DNA from: the human T2T-CHM13v2.0 reference genome, Homo sapiens
NCBI RefSeq assembly: GCF_009914755.1
Contig: NC_060948.1
Strand: one strand, 5' to 3'
DNA: 64,000 bases
The position numbers and the translations under genes were made by a program. Shown here piece by piece: positions 1 to 12,961 of this stretch; the first letter of the stretch is position 1; the number at the start of each line of letters is the position of its first letter. Below the pieces are notes generated by a model. It searched no databases. It was not told the DNA's origin and saw only the letters and a program-made list of their open reading frames with translations.

Positions 1-2382
1 CTTGTAGTATTGCTTGAAGTCAGGTAGCGTGATGCCTCCAGCTTTGTTCTTTTTGCTTAGGATTATCTTGGCTATATGGGCTCTTTTTTGGTTCCATATG
101 AATTTTAAAATAGTTGTTTCTAATTCTGTGAAGAATGTCAGTGATGGGAATAGCATTGAATCTGTAAATTATTTTGGGCAATATGGCCATTTTCACCATA
201 TTGATTCTTCCTATCCATGAGGATGGAAACAAACACGATCCATTTGTTTGTGTCCTCTCTTACCTCCTTGAGCTTTGGTTTGTAGTTCTCCTTGAAGAGG
301 TCCTTCACATCTTTTGTTAGCTGTGTTCCTAGGTATTTTATTTTCTTTGTAGCAATTGTGATTGGGAGTTCATTCTTGATTTGACTCTCTGCTTGTCCAT
401 TGTTGGTGTATAGAAATCCTTGTGATTTTTGCACATTGACTTTGTATCCTGAGACTTTGCTGAAGTTGCTTATCAGCTTAAGGAGTTCTTAGGCTGAGAT
501 GATGGGGTTTTCTAAATATAGGATCATGTCATCTGCAAACAGGGACAATTTCACTTCCTCTCTTCCTGTTCGAATACCTTTATTTCTTTCACTTGCCTGA
601 GTGCCCTGGCCAGAACCACCAATTCGATATTGAACAGGAATGATGAGAGACGACATACTTGTCTTGTCCTAGTTTTCAAAGGGAATGCTTCCAGCTTTTG
701 TCCATTCAGTATGATATTGGCTGTGGGTTTGTCATAGCTTTTATTATTTTGAGATATGTTCCACCAATATCTAGTTGATTGACAGTTTTTAACATGAAGG
801 TATGTTGAATTTTATCGAAGGCTTTTTCTGCATCTATTGAGATAATCATGTGGTTTTTGTCAATGGTTGTTTATGGGATGGAATATATTTATTGACTTGC
901 ATATGTTGAAACAGGCTTGCATCCCAGGGATGACACCGACTTGATCATGGGATAAGTGTTTGATGTGCTGGTGGATTCTGTTTGCTAGCATTTTATTGAG
1001 GATTTTCACATTGAAGTTCATCAGGGATATTGGCCAGAAGTTTTGTTTTGTGTGTGTGTGTCTGCCAGATTTTGGTATCAGAGTAATGCTGGCCTCATAA
1101 AATGAGTTAGGGAGGAGTTCGTTCTTCTCAATTGTTTGGAATAATTTCTGAAGGAATGGTACCATCTCCTCTTTGTACCTCTCGTAGAATTCAGCTGTGA
1201 ATCCATCTATCTGGTCCTGTGCTTTTTTTGTTTGGTAGGCTATTTCTTGCTGCCTCAATTTCAGAACTTGTTATTGGTCTATCCACAAATTTTACTTCTT
1301 CCTGGTTTAGACTTGGGAGGGTGCATGTGTCCAAACATTTATCCATTTCTTCTAGATTTTCTAGGGTTTTTTTGCCTAGAGACACTTATTGTATTCTCTG
1401 GTGGTAGTTTATATTTCTGTGGGGTCAGTGGTGATATCCCTTTTATTATTCTTTATTGTGTCTATTTGATTCTTCTCTCTTTTCTTTTTTATTAATCTAC
1501 CTAGCAGTCTATCTTATTGGGTGTGTGTGTGTGATTTTTTTTTTTTTCCAAAAAACCAGTTCCTGAATTCATTGATTTTTTGAAGGGTTTTTTGTGTCAC
1601 TGTCCCCTTCAGTTTCACTCTGATCTTAGTTATTTCTTATCTTCTGCTAGCTTATGGATTTGTTTGCTCTTGTTTCTCTAGTTCTTCTAATTGTGATGTT
1701 AGGGTGTTCATTTGAGATCTTTCTAGCTTTCTGATGTGGGCATTTAGTGCTGTAAGTTTCCCTTTTAACTCTGCTTTAGCTGCATCTCAGAGATTCTGGT
1801 ATGTTGTCTTTTTGTTCTCATTGGTTTCAAAGAGCTTCTTAATTTCTGCCTTAATTTTTTCATTATTTACCCTGGAGTTATTTAGAAGCAAGTTGTTCAA
1901 CTTCCATGTAGTTGTGCAGTTTTGAGTGAGCTTCTTAATCTTGAGTTCTAATTTGATTGCATTGTGGTCTGAAACTCTTTGTTAAGGTCTCAGTTCTTTT
2001 CCATTTGCTGAGGAGTGTTTTACTTCCAATTATGTGGTCGATTTTAGAGTAAGTGCCACATGGCACTGAGAAGAATGTATATTCTGTTGATTTGGGGTGG
2101 AGCGTTCTGTAGATATCTGCTAGGTCCAATTGGTACAGAGCTGAGTTCAAGTCCTGAATATCTTTGTTAATTTTCTGTCTCGTTGATCTGTCTAATATTG
2201 ACAATGGGGCGTTAAAGTCTGGTATTGCTGTGTGGGAATTGAACTCTCTTGGTTGGTCTCTAATAACTTGTTTTATAAATCTGGGTGCTCCTGTAATGGC
2301 TGCATATACACTTATGGTAGTTAGCTCTTCTTGTTGAATTGATCCCTTTACCTTTATGTAATGCCCTTCTTTGTCTTTTTTT
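1..2382 (-). mobile_element. L1 (older L1PA-type) ORF2 portion, left part of a host element split by a younger L1
   Basis: Minus-strand ORF fragments match L1 ORF2 ([36 protein letters not shown]) with many frameshifts. The element continues at 8592. Confidence 0.93.
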
Positions 2383-2405
2383 CCCACTATTTGTGTTGGT
2401 CATAC

Positions 2406-5400
2406 TTTTTTTTTTAATTATACTTTAAGTTCTAGGGTATGTGTCCACAACATGCAGGTTTATTACATAGGTATACGTGTGCCATGTTGGTTTGCTGCAC
2501 CCATTAACTTGTCATTTACATTAGGTATTTCTCCTAATGCTTTCCCTCCCCCAGCCCCCACCCTATGACAGGCCCCAGTGTGTGATGTTCCCTGCCCTGT
2601 GTTCGAGTATTCTCATTGTTCAATTCTCACCTATGAGTGAGAACATGCGGTGTTTGGTTTTCTGTCTGTGTGATAGTTTGTTCAGAATGATGGTTTCCAG
2701 CTTCATCCATGTCCCTGCAAAGGACATGAACTCATCCATTTTTATGGCTGCATAGTATTCCACGGTGTATGTGTGCCACATTTTCTTAATCCAGTCTATC
2801 ATTGATGGGCATTTGGGTTGGTTCCAAGTCTTTGCTATTGTGAATAGTGCCGCAATAAACATACGTGTGCAGATGTCTTTATAGTAGCATGATTCACAAC
2901 CCTTTGGGTATATACCAAACAATGGGATCACTGGGTCAAATGGTATTTCTAGTTCTAGATCCTTGAGGAATCGCCACACTGTCTTCCACAATGGTTGAAC
3001 TAGTTTACACTTCCACTAACAGTGTAAAAGTGTTCCTGTTTCTCCACATCCTCTCCAGCATCTGGTATTTCCTGACTTTTTAATGATCACCATTCTAGCT
3101 GGTATGAGATGGTGTCTCATTGTGGTTTTCATTTGCATTTCTCTGATGGCCAGTGATGATGAGCATTTTTTCATGTGTCTGTTGGCTGCATAGGTGTCTT
3201 CTTTTGAGAAGTGTCTGTTCATGTCCTTTGCCACTTTTTGATGGGTTTGTTTATTTTTTCTTGTAAATTTGTTTAAGTTCTTTTCAGATTCTGGATATTA
3301 GCCCTTTGTCAGATGGGTAGATTCCAAAAATTTTCTCCCATTCTGTAGCTAGCTTGTTCACTCCGATGGTAGTTTCTTTTGCTGTGCAGAAGCTCTTTAG
3401 TTTAATTAGATCCCATTTGTCTATTTTGGCTTTTGTTGCCATTGCTTTTCGTGTTTTACTCATGAAGTCTTTGCCCATGCCTATGTCTTGAGTGGTATTG
3501 CCTTTGTTTTCTTCTACAGTTTTTATGGTTTTAGGTCTAACATTTAAGTCTTTAATCCATCTTGAATTAATTTTTGTATAAGGTGTAAGGAAGGGAGGCA
3601 GTTTCAGCTTTCTACATATGGCTAGCCAGGTTTCCCAGCACCATTTATTAAATAGGGAATCCTTTCCCCATTTCTTGTTTTTCTCAGGTTTCTCAAAGAT
3701 CAGATGGTTGTAGATGTGTGGTATTATTTCTGAGGCCTCTGTTCTGTTCCATTGGTCTATCTCTCTGTTTTGGTACCAGTACCATGCTGTTTTGGTTATT
3801 GTAGCCTTGTAGTATAGTTTGAAGTCAGGCAGCATGATGCCTCCAGCTTTGTTCTTCTTGCTTAGGATTGTCTTGGCAATGCAGGCTCTTTTTTGGTTCC
3901 ATGTGGAGTTTAAAGTAGTTTTTTCCAATTCTGTGAAGAAAGCCATTGGTAGCTTCATGGGGATGGCATTGAATCTATAAATTACCTTGGGCAGCATGGC
4001 CATTTTCATTATATTGATTCTTCCTATCCATGAGCATGGAATGTTCTTCCATTTGTTTGTGTCCTACTTTATTTCATTGAGCAGTGGTTTGTAGTTCTCC
4101 TTGAAAAGTTTCTTCACATCCCTTGTAAGTCGGATTCCTAGGTATGTTATTCTCTTTGTAGAAGTTTTGAATGGGAGTTCACTCGTGATTTGGCTCTCTG
4201 TTTGTCTGTTATTTCTGTATAGGAATGCTTGTGATTTTTGCACTTTGATTTTGTTTCCTGAGACTTTGCTGAAGTTGCTTATCAGCTTGAGACTTTGGGC
4301 TGAGATGATGGGGTTTTCTAAATATACAATCATGTCATCTGCAAACAGGGACAATTTGACTTCCTCTTTTCCTAATTGAATACCCTTTATTTCTTTCTCT
4401 TTCGTGATTGCCCTGGCCAGAACGTCCAACACTATACTGAACAGGAATGGTGAGACAGGGCATTGCTGTGTTGTACCGGTTTTCAAAGGGAATGCTTCCA
4501 GTTTTTGCCCATTCAGTATGATATTGGCTGTGGGTTTGTTATAAATAGCTCTTATTTTGAAATACATTCCATCAATACCTAGTTTATTGAGAGTTTTTAG
4601 CATGAAGGGCTACTGAATTTTGTTGAAGGCCTTTTCTGCATCTATTGAGATAATCATGTGGTTTTTTTCATTGGTTTTGTTTATGTGATGGATTATGTTT
4701 ATTGATTTGCATATGTTGAACCAAGCTTGCATCCCAGGGATGAAGCCCACCTGATCATGATGGATAAGCTTTTGGATGTGCTGCTGGATTTGGTTTGCCA
4801 GTATTTTCTTGAGGATTCCTGCATCAATGTTCACCAGGGATATTGGTCTAAAATTCTCTTTTTTTATTGTGACTCTGCCAGGCTTTGGTATCAGGATGAT
4901 GCTGGCCTTGTAAAATGAATTAGGGAGGATTCCCTCTTTTTCTGCTGATTGGAATAGTTTCAGAAGTAATGGTATCAGCTCCTCTTTGTACCACTGGTAG
5001 AATTCAGCTGTGAATCCATCTAGTTCTGGACTTGTTTTGGTTGGTAGGCTATTAATTAATGCCTCAATTTCAGAGCCTGTTATTGGTCTATTCAGGGATT
5101 CAACTTCTTCCTGGTTTAGTCTTGGGAGAGTGTAGGTGTCCAGGAATTTGTCCATTGCTTCTAGATTTTCTAATTTATTTGCATAGAGGTGTTTATAGTA
5201 TTCTCTGATGGTAGTTTTTATTTCTGTGGGATCAGTGGTGATATCCCTTTATCATTTTTTATTGCATCTATTTGATGTTTCTCTCATGTCTTCTTTATTA
5301 GTCTTGCTAGTGATCTATTTATTTTGTTGATATTTTCAAAAAACCAGCTCCTGGATTCATGACTTTTTTTTTTTTTAAGGGTTTTTTGTGTCTCTATCTC

Positions 5401-8400
5401 TTTCAGTTCTGCTCTGATCTTAGTTATTTCTTGCCTTCTGCTAGCTTTTGAATGTGTTTTGAATGTGTTCTTGCCTTCTGCTAGCTTTTGAATGTGCTCT
5501 TGCTTCTCTAGTTCTTTTAATTGTGATGTTAGGTTGTTGATTTTAGAACTTTCCTGCTTTCTCTTGTGGGCATTTAGTGCTATAAATTTCCCTCTACACA
5601 CTGCTTTAAATGTGTCCCAGAGATTCTGGTACATTGTGTCTTTGTTCTCATTGGTTTAAAAAACATCTTTATTTCTGCCTTCATTTCACTATGCAGTGGT
5701 CATTCAGGAGCAGGTTGTTCAGTTTCCATGTAGTTGTGCAGTTTTGAGTGAGTTTTCTTCATCCCGAGTTCTAATTTGATTGCTCTGTGCTCTGAGAGAT
5801 GGTTTGTTGTGATTTCTGTTCTTTTACATTTGCTGAGGAGTGCTTTACTTCCAACTATGTGGTCAATTTTAGAATAAGTGTGATGTGGTGCTGAGAAGAA
5901 TGTATATTCTGTTGATTTGGGGTGGAGAGTTCTGTAGATGTCTACTAGGTCTGCTTGTTGCAGAACTGATTTCACGTCCTGGATATCTTTGTTAACCTGT
6001 CTCAATCTTTCTAATATTGACAGTGGAGAGTTAAAGTCTCCACTGTCACACAAAATAATAATTTTGTCTCCCATTATTATTGTGTGGGAGTCTAAGTCTC
6101 TTTGTAGGTCTCTAAGGACTTGCTTTACAAATCTTGGTGCTCCTGTATTGGGTGCATATATATTTAGGATAGTTAGCTCTTCTTGTTGAATTGATCCCTT
6201 TACCATTATGTAGTGGCCTTCTTTGTTGGTTTAAACTCTTTTGATCTTTGTTGGTTTAAAGTCTGTTTTATCTGAGACGAGGATTGCAACCCCTGCTTTT
6301 CTTTTGCTTTCCATTTGCTTGGCAGATCTTCCTCCATCCCTTTATTTTGAACCTGTGTGTGTCTTTGCACATGAGATGGGTCTCCTGAATGCAGCACACA
6401 GATGGGTCTTGACTCTTTATCCAATTTGCTGGTCTGTGTCTTTTATTTGGGGCATTTAGCCCATTTACATTTAAGGTTAATATTGTTATGTGTGGATTTG
6501 ATCCTGTCATTATGATGTTAGCTGGTTATTTTGCCAGTTAACTGATGCAGTTTCTTCACAGCCTTGATGATCTTTACAATTTGGCATGTTTTTGCAGTGG
6601 CTGATACCGCTTGTTCCTTTCCATGTTTAGTGCTTCCTTCAGGAGCTCTTGTAAGGCAGGCCTGGTGGTGACAAAATCTCTCAGCATTTGCTTGTTTGTA
6701 AAGGATTTTATTTTTCCTTCACTTATGAAGCTTAGTTTGGCTGGATATGAAATTCTAGGTTGAAAATTCTTTTCTTTAAGAATGTTGATTATTCTGGCTT
6801 GTTGAGTTTCTGCAGAGAGATCCGCATTAGTCTGGTGAGCTTCCCTTTGTGGGTAACCTGACCTTTCTCTCTGGCTGCTCTTAACATTTTCTTCTTCCTT
6901 TCAACCTTGGTGAATCTGACAGTTAAAGTGTCTTGGGTTGCTCTTCTTGAGGAATATCATTGGGTGTTCTCCATATTTCTTGAATTTGAATGTTGGCCTG
7001 ACTTGCTAGGTTGGAGAAATTTTCCTGGATAATATCCTGAAGAGTTTTCCAACTTGGTTTCATTCTCCCCGTCACTTTCAGGTACACCAATCAAATGTAG
7101 ATTTGGTCTTTTCACATAGTCCCATATTTCTTTGAGTCTTTTTGTTCATTTCTTTTTCCTCTTTTTTCTCTAAACTTCTTTTCTCACTTTATTTCATTAA
7201 TTTGATCTTCAATCACTGATACCCTTCCTTCCACTTGATCGAATCAGCTACTGAAGCTTGTGCATGTGTCACATATTTTTCGTGCCATGGTTTTTAGCTC
7301 CTTCAGGTCATTTAAGCTATTCTCTACACTGTTTGTTCTAGTTAGCCATTTGTCTAATCTTTTTTCAAGGTTTTTAGCTTCCTTGCGATGGGTTCGAATA
7401 TCCTCCTTTAGCTCAGAGAAGTTTGTTATTACTAACCTTCTGAAGCCTACTTCTGTCAACTCATCAAAGTCATTCTCTGTGCAGCTTTGTTCCATCACTG
7501 GTAAGGAGCTGCAATCCTTTGGAGGAGAAGAGGCACTCTGGTTTTTAGAATTTTTGGCTTTTCTGCTCTGGTTTCTCCCTGTCTTTGTGGTTTTATCTAC
7601 CTTTGGTCTTTGATGTTGGTGACCTAGAGATGGGGTTTTAGTGTGGATGTCCTTTTTGTTGATGTTGATGCTATTCCTTTCTGTTTGTTAGTTTTCCTTC
7701 TAACAGTCAGGTCCCTCAGCTGCAGGTCTGTTGGAGTTTCCTGGAGGTTCACTCCAGACCCTGTTTCCCTGGGTATCACCAGCAGAGACTGCAGAACAGC
7801 AAATATTGCAGGACAGCAAATATTGCTGCCTGATCCTTCCTCTGGAAGCTTCATCCCAGAGGGTCTTCTGCCTGTATGAGGTGTCAGTCAGCCCCTAAGG
7901 GGAGGTTTCTCCCAGTTAGGCTACATGGGGTTCAGGGACCCACTTGAGGAGGCAGTCTGTCCATTCTCAGAGCTCAAACACTATGCTGGGAGAACCACTG
8001 CTCTCTTCAGAGCTTTCAGACAGGGACGTTTAAGACTGAAGAATTTTCTGCTGCCTTTTGCTCAGCTATGACCTGCCCTGAGGTGGGGTCTACAGAGGCA
8101 GCAGGCCTTGCAGAGCTGAGGTGGGCTCTGCCCAGTTCAAGCTTCCCCAGACTCTTTGTTTACCTACTCAAGCCTCAGCAATGGTGGACACACTTCCTGC
8201 TGCCAGGCTGCTGCCTTGCAGGTAGAACTCAGCCTGCTGCATTAGCAATGAGCAAGGCTCCATGGGCATGGGACCTGCTGAGCCAGGCATGGGATATAAT
8301 CTGCTGGTATGCCGTTTGCTAAGACTGTTGGAAAAGCACAGTATTTGGGCAGGTGTGTCCCAATTTTCCAGGTACAATCTGTCATGGCTTCCCTTGGCTA

Positions 8401-8587
8401 GGAAAGGAAATGCGATGCCCCACCCTGCTTCAGCTTACCCTCCATGGGCTGCACCCACTGTCCAACCAGTTCCAATGAGATGAACCAGTTACCTCAGTTG
8501 GAAATGCAGAAATCACTCTCTTCTGCATTGATCATGCTGGGAGCTGCAGACCAGAGCTCTTCCTATTCAGCCATTTTGGAATGGACC
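2406..8587 (-). mobile_element. Near full-length (~6.2 kb) L1PA element (roughly L1PA4-7), inactivated
   Basis: T-run and L1PA 3' end at 2406; ORF2 fragments include MTGSNPHITILTLNVNGLN (EN start) and [11 protein letters not shown] (RT); ORF1 fragment at 7244-7498; 5'UTR ends gccattttggaa (YY1 site) near 8570-8582. TSD ttgtcttttt at 2371-2380 and 8592-8601. Multiple stops and frameshifts. Confidence 0.95.
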
Positions 8588-8591
8588 ACAC

Positions 8592-9350
8592 TTGTCTTTT
8601 TGATATTTGTTGGCTTAAAGTCTGTTTTATCAGAGACTACAATCGCAACCCCTAGTTTTTTTCTGCTTTCCATTTGCTTGATACATTTTCCTTTATCCTT
8701 TTATTCTGAGTAAAGTGTGTACTCTTGAATACAGTACACCGACAGGTCTTGACTCTATCCAGTTTCCCAGGCTGTGTCTTTTAATTGGGTCATTTAGCCC
8801 TTTACATTTAAGGCTAATATTGTTATTTGTAAATTTGATCCTGTCATCTTGATGCTAGCTGGTTATTTTGCACACTAGTTGATGCTATTTCTTCACTCTG
8901 TCATTGGTCTTTATAATTTCATGTGTTTTGCAGTGGCTGATACTGGTGTTTCCTTTCCATATTTAGTGCTTCCTTTAGGAGCTCTTGTAAGGCAGGCCTG
9001 GTGGTGATAAATTCTTCCAGCACTCATATGTCTGAAAAGGATTTTATTTCTCCTTTGATTATGAGGCTTAGTTTGGCCAGATATGAAATTCTGGGTTGAA
9101 AATTTTTTTCTTTAAGAATGTTGAGTATTGACCCCTACTCTCTTCTGGCTTGTAGGGTTTCTGCTGAGTATTCCACTGTTAGTCTGATAAGCTTCCCTTT
9201 GGAGGTGATCTGACTTTTCTCTCTGCTGCCCTTAACATTTTTTCCTGCATATGGACCTTATAGAATCTGATGATTGTGTGTCTTGGGGTTGATCTTCTTG
9301 TAGTATATCTTAATGGTGTTCTCTGTATTTCCTGAATTTGCATGTTGGCT
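8592..9350 (-). mobile_element. Right part of the host L1 (ORF2 start, inter-ORF, ORF1 C-terminal region)
   Basis: Resumes the L1 sequence broken at 2382 and parallels 6240-7010 of the inserted L1. Confidence 0.9.
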
Positions 9351-9490
9351 TAGAGTAGCCATGGTTAAAAATCTAATGAAAGTTTATAGTTAACAAGGAT
9401 ATTTGGATATTTCATTTACATATAGCATTTTAAGATAAACACAAGAATAATGACTGATATTAGAGATCTATGAATTTATATAATTTTGAA

Positions 9491-9782
9491 TTTTTTTTTT
9501 TTGAGATGGAGTCTCACTCTGTCACCCAGGCTGGAATACAGTGTCACAGTCTTGGCTCACTGCAAGCTCCGCATCCCAGGTTCACACCATTCTCCTGCCT
9601 CAGCCTCCTGAGTAGCTGGGACTACAGGCACCTGCCACCACGCCCAGCTAATTTTTTGTATTTTTAGTAAAGATGGGGTTCACCATGTTAGCTAGGATGG
9701 TCTTGATCTCCTGACCTTGTGATCCACCCATCTTGGCTTCCCAAAGTTCTGGGATTATAGGCTTGAGCCACCGTGCCCAGCC
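9491..9782 (-). mobile_element. Alu (AluY/Sc-like)
   Basis: Full dimer; TSD taattttgaa at 9481-9490 and 9783-9792. Confidence 0.95.
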
Positions 9783-9838
9783 TAATTTTGAAATATTTAT
9801 ATTAACCCGTAAGTGCAATGAAAGGAAGATCTAGTATT

Positions 9839-10133
9839 GGTCAGGTGCGCAGGCTCATGCCTGTAATCCCAGTACTTTGGAAGGTCAAGACAGGTGGATC
9901 ACTTGAGGGTCAGCAGTTCAACACCCGCCTGGCCAACATGGTAAAACCTCATCTCTACTAAAAATACAAAAAGTAGCTGGGTGTGATTGTGGGTGCCTGT
10001 AATCCCAGCTAACTTAGGAAGCTGAGGCAGAAGAATCGCCTGAACCCAGGGGGAGAAGGTTGCAGTGAGCCGATATCTTACCACTCTACTCCAGCCTGAG
10101 AGACACATTGAGAATACATCTAAAAAAAAAAAA
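9839..10133 (+). mobile_element. Alu (AluS-like)
   Basis: Full dimer with A tail; TSD aagatctagtatt at 9826-9838 and 10132-10144. Confidence 0.95.
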
Positions 10134-10154
10134 GATCTAGTATTACATATTTCT

Positions 10155-10595
10155 GTCTCAGTGCAGTTGTGTTGCTGTAAAGGCATATCTGATTCTGTGT
10201 AACTTACAAAGAGGTTCATGTAGCTCACAGTTCTATGGGCTATATATGAAGCTTGGAATTAACATCAGCTTCTGGTGACAGCTTCAGGCTGCTTCCACTC
10301 ATGGAAAGGAAAGGGGAGGCAGCCTCTGAAGAGATTATATGGCCAGAGAGGGAACTAGAGAAATGACAGGGGCAAGGGGAAAGAGAGGGAGGGGCCAGCC
10401 TCTTTTTAACCATCAACTCTTGAGGGAGATGATAGAGTGAAAACTGATTCGCTGTCCTCTCCCAGAAAGGGCATTAATCTGTACACAAGGGACCCACCTC
10501 CATGACCCAAAGATGATCCATTAGGCTGCACCTCCAGCGTTGGGGATAATATTTCAACAGGAGGTTTGGAGGGTCAAATATTCAAACAATAGCCA
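10155..10595 (+). mobile_element. MaLR solo LTR (MST-like)
   Basis: tgtctcagt...gctcacagttct...cttccactcatgg...atttcaacaggaggtttggaggg...aaacaatagc resembles the recalled MST/THE1 LTR layout. Confidence 0.8.
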
Positions 10596-10929
10596 TTTCT
10601 TATGTAATTTATCAAATAGGCCTAATCATCTAATATCTCCAAAAGGTGAGAGATATGTCTTTTGAGTCTTTTCAGGGGCCCAACTGGAAAATTCAAACAT
10701 TAATTCTAGGTTAAAGGGATTTACATTTAGCATTTGATTTTGGGCAAGTTTGCCAAAGATGTTAAAAGGCACAGAACACTTGATTGAAACAAACTCGTAG
10801 GTCACTTAAAAAAAAAAGTAGTCATTTTTTAACCAGAAGGATAATCAAAAAACAAATTTACCAGAGTTAGCCATGGTATCATGGCTATCCACATTATCCA
10901 CAAAAAATACCAAAACACATTATCTGCGA

Positions 10930-11133
10930 AAAACACAAAAATTAGCCAGGTGTGGTGTGTGCACCTGTAGTCCCAGTTACTTGGGAGGGTGAGGTGGGAG
11001 GACCACATGAACCCTGGAGATGGAGGTTTCAGTGAGTCAAGATCATGCCACCGCATTCCAGCCTGGGCAAGAGAGTGACAATTTGATTCAAAAAATAAAT
11101 ATATAAATAAGCAAGGAAATAAATAAATAAATA
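10930..11133 (+). mobile_element. Alu right arm (old) with AAAT-type tail
   Basis: aaaattagccaggtgtggtg...cagcctgggcaagagag followed by an A-rich tail. Confidence 0.85.
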
Positions 11134-11824
11134 ACATTGTTGTTGTTGTTTTCTTTTCAACTTTTATTTTAGGTTCAAGGGGTACGTGGGCAAGCTGGTT
11201 ACATAGGTAAGTTGCATGTCATGGGTATTTTGTGTACAGATAATTTTGTTACTCAGGTAATCAGTGTGATATCTGATAGGTAGTTTTTCAATCCTCCTCA
11301 AGTAGGCCCTGGAGTTCTTAATTCATAGCTACCATTTATAAGTGAAGAACATGGGGGTATTTGGTTTACTGTTCCTGTGTTAGTTTGCTAAGGATTTTGG
11401 CCTCCAGCTCCATCCCTGATGCTACAAAGGCCATCATTTTACTTTTCTTTTTTCTTTTTTTACAGCTGCATAGTATTCCATGGTATATATGTACCACATT
11501 CTCTTTATGCAGTCCACCATCAATGGGCATCTAGATGATTCCATGTCTTTGCTATTGTGAATGGTGCTGTGATGAACATATGTGTACATGTGTCTTTATA
11601 ACAGAACAATTTATGTTCCTTTGTGTATATCCCCAGTAATGGGATTGCTTGGTCAAACAGTAGTTCAAGTTCTTTGAGAAAACTCCAGTCTACTTTACAC
11701 AGTGGCTTAACTAATTTACATTCCCATTATCAAGTGTGTAAACATTCCCTTTTCTCTGCAACCTCACCAGCATCTGTTATTTACTGACATTTTCATCATA
11801 GCTGTTCTGGGTGGTATGAGATGA

Positions 11825-12270
<446 letters not shown>

Positions 12271-12665
12271 CTTTGCCCAGTTTTTAATGAAGCGTGCCCA
12301 GGTTTTAATGAAGTTGTTGTATGCTTGTTGATTTGTTTGGGTTTCTTATAGATTCTGGATATTACCCCTTTGAGAGATGCGTAGTTTGCAAATATTAACT
12401 TCTATTCTGTAGGTTCTCTGTTTACTCTACTATAGGTTATTTTGTTGGGCAGAAACTCTTTAGTTTAATTAGGTCCTACTTGTCAAGTTTTGGTTTTGCT
12501 GCAATTGTTTTTCAAGTCCTTGTCATGAAGTCTGTGCCTGGTTCAATATCCAGAATGGTACTTCCTAGATTTTCTTCTCTGGTCTTTATAGTTTTAGGTT
12601 TTACATTTAAGCATTTAATCCATCTGGGGTAACTTTTGCATATGGCTAATAAAAAGAGATCTAGT

Positions 12666-12961
12666 TTTGTTTGTTTGTTTGAGACAGAGTGTCATTCTGT
12701 CGCCCTGGCTGGAGTGCAGTGGCGCAATCTGGGCTCACTGCAAGTTCCACCTCCCGGGTTCACGCCGTTCTCCTACCTCAGCATCCTGAGTAGCTGGGAC
12801 TACAGATGCCCACCACCACACCTGGCTAATTTTTTGTATGTTTAGTAGAGATGGAGTTTCACCATGTTAGCCATGATGGTCTTGATCTCCTGAACTCGTG
12901 ATCCACCTGCCTCAACCTCTCAAAGTGCTGGGATTACAGGCCTGAACCACTGCGTCTGGCT
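12666..12961 (-). mobile_element. Alu (AluY/Sc-like)
   Basis: Dimer with (TTTG)n tail. Confidence 0.93.

Noticed and set aside
7792-7828. Repeat of acagcaaatattgc in the L1 5'UTR
   Set aside because: As recalled, this doublet is part of L1PA 5'UTR consensus sequences, not a local event.
2406-8587. Active L1 or functional antisense promoter/ORF0
   Set aside because: ORF1 and ORF2 are broken into many fragments and the 5'UTR is CpG-depleted.
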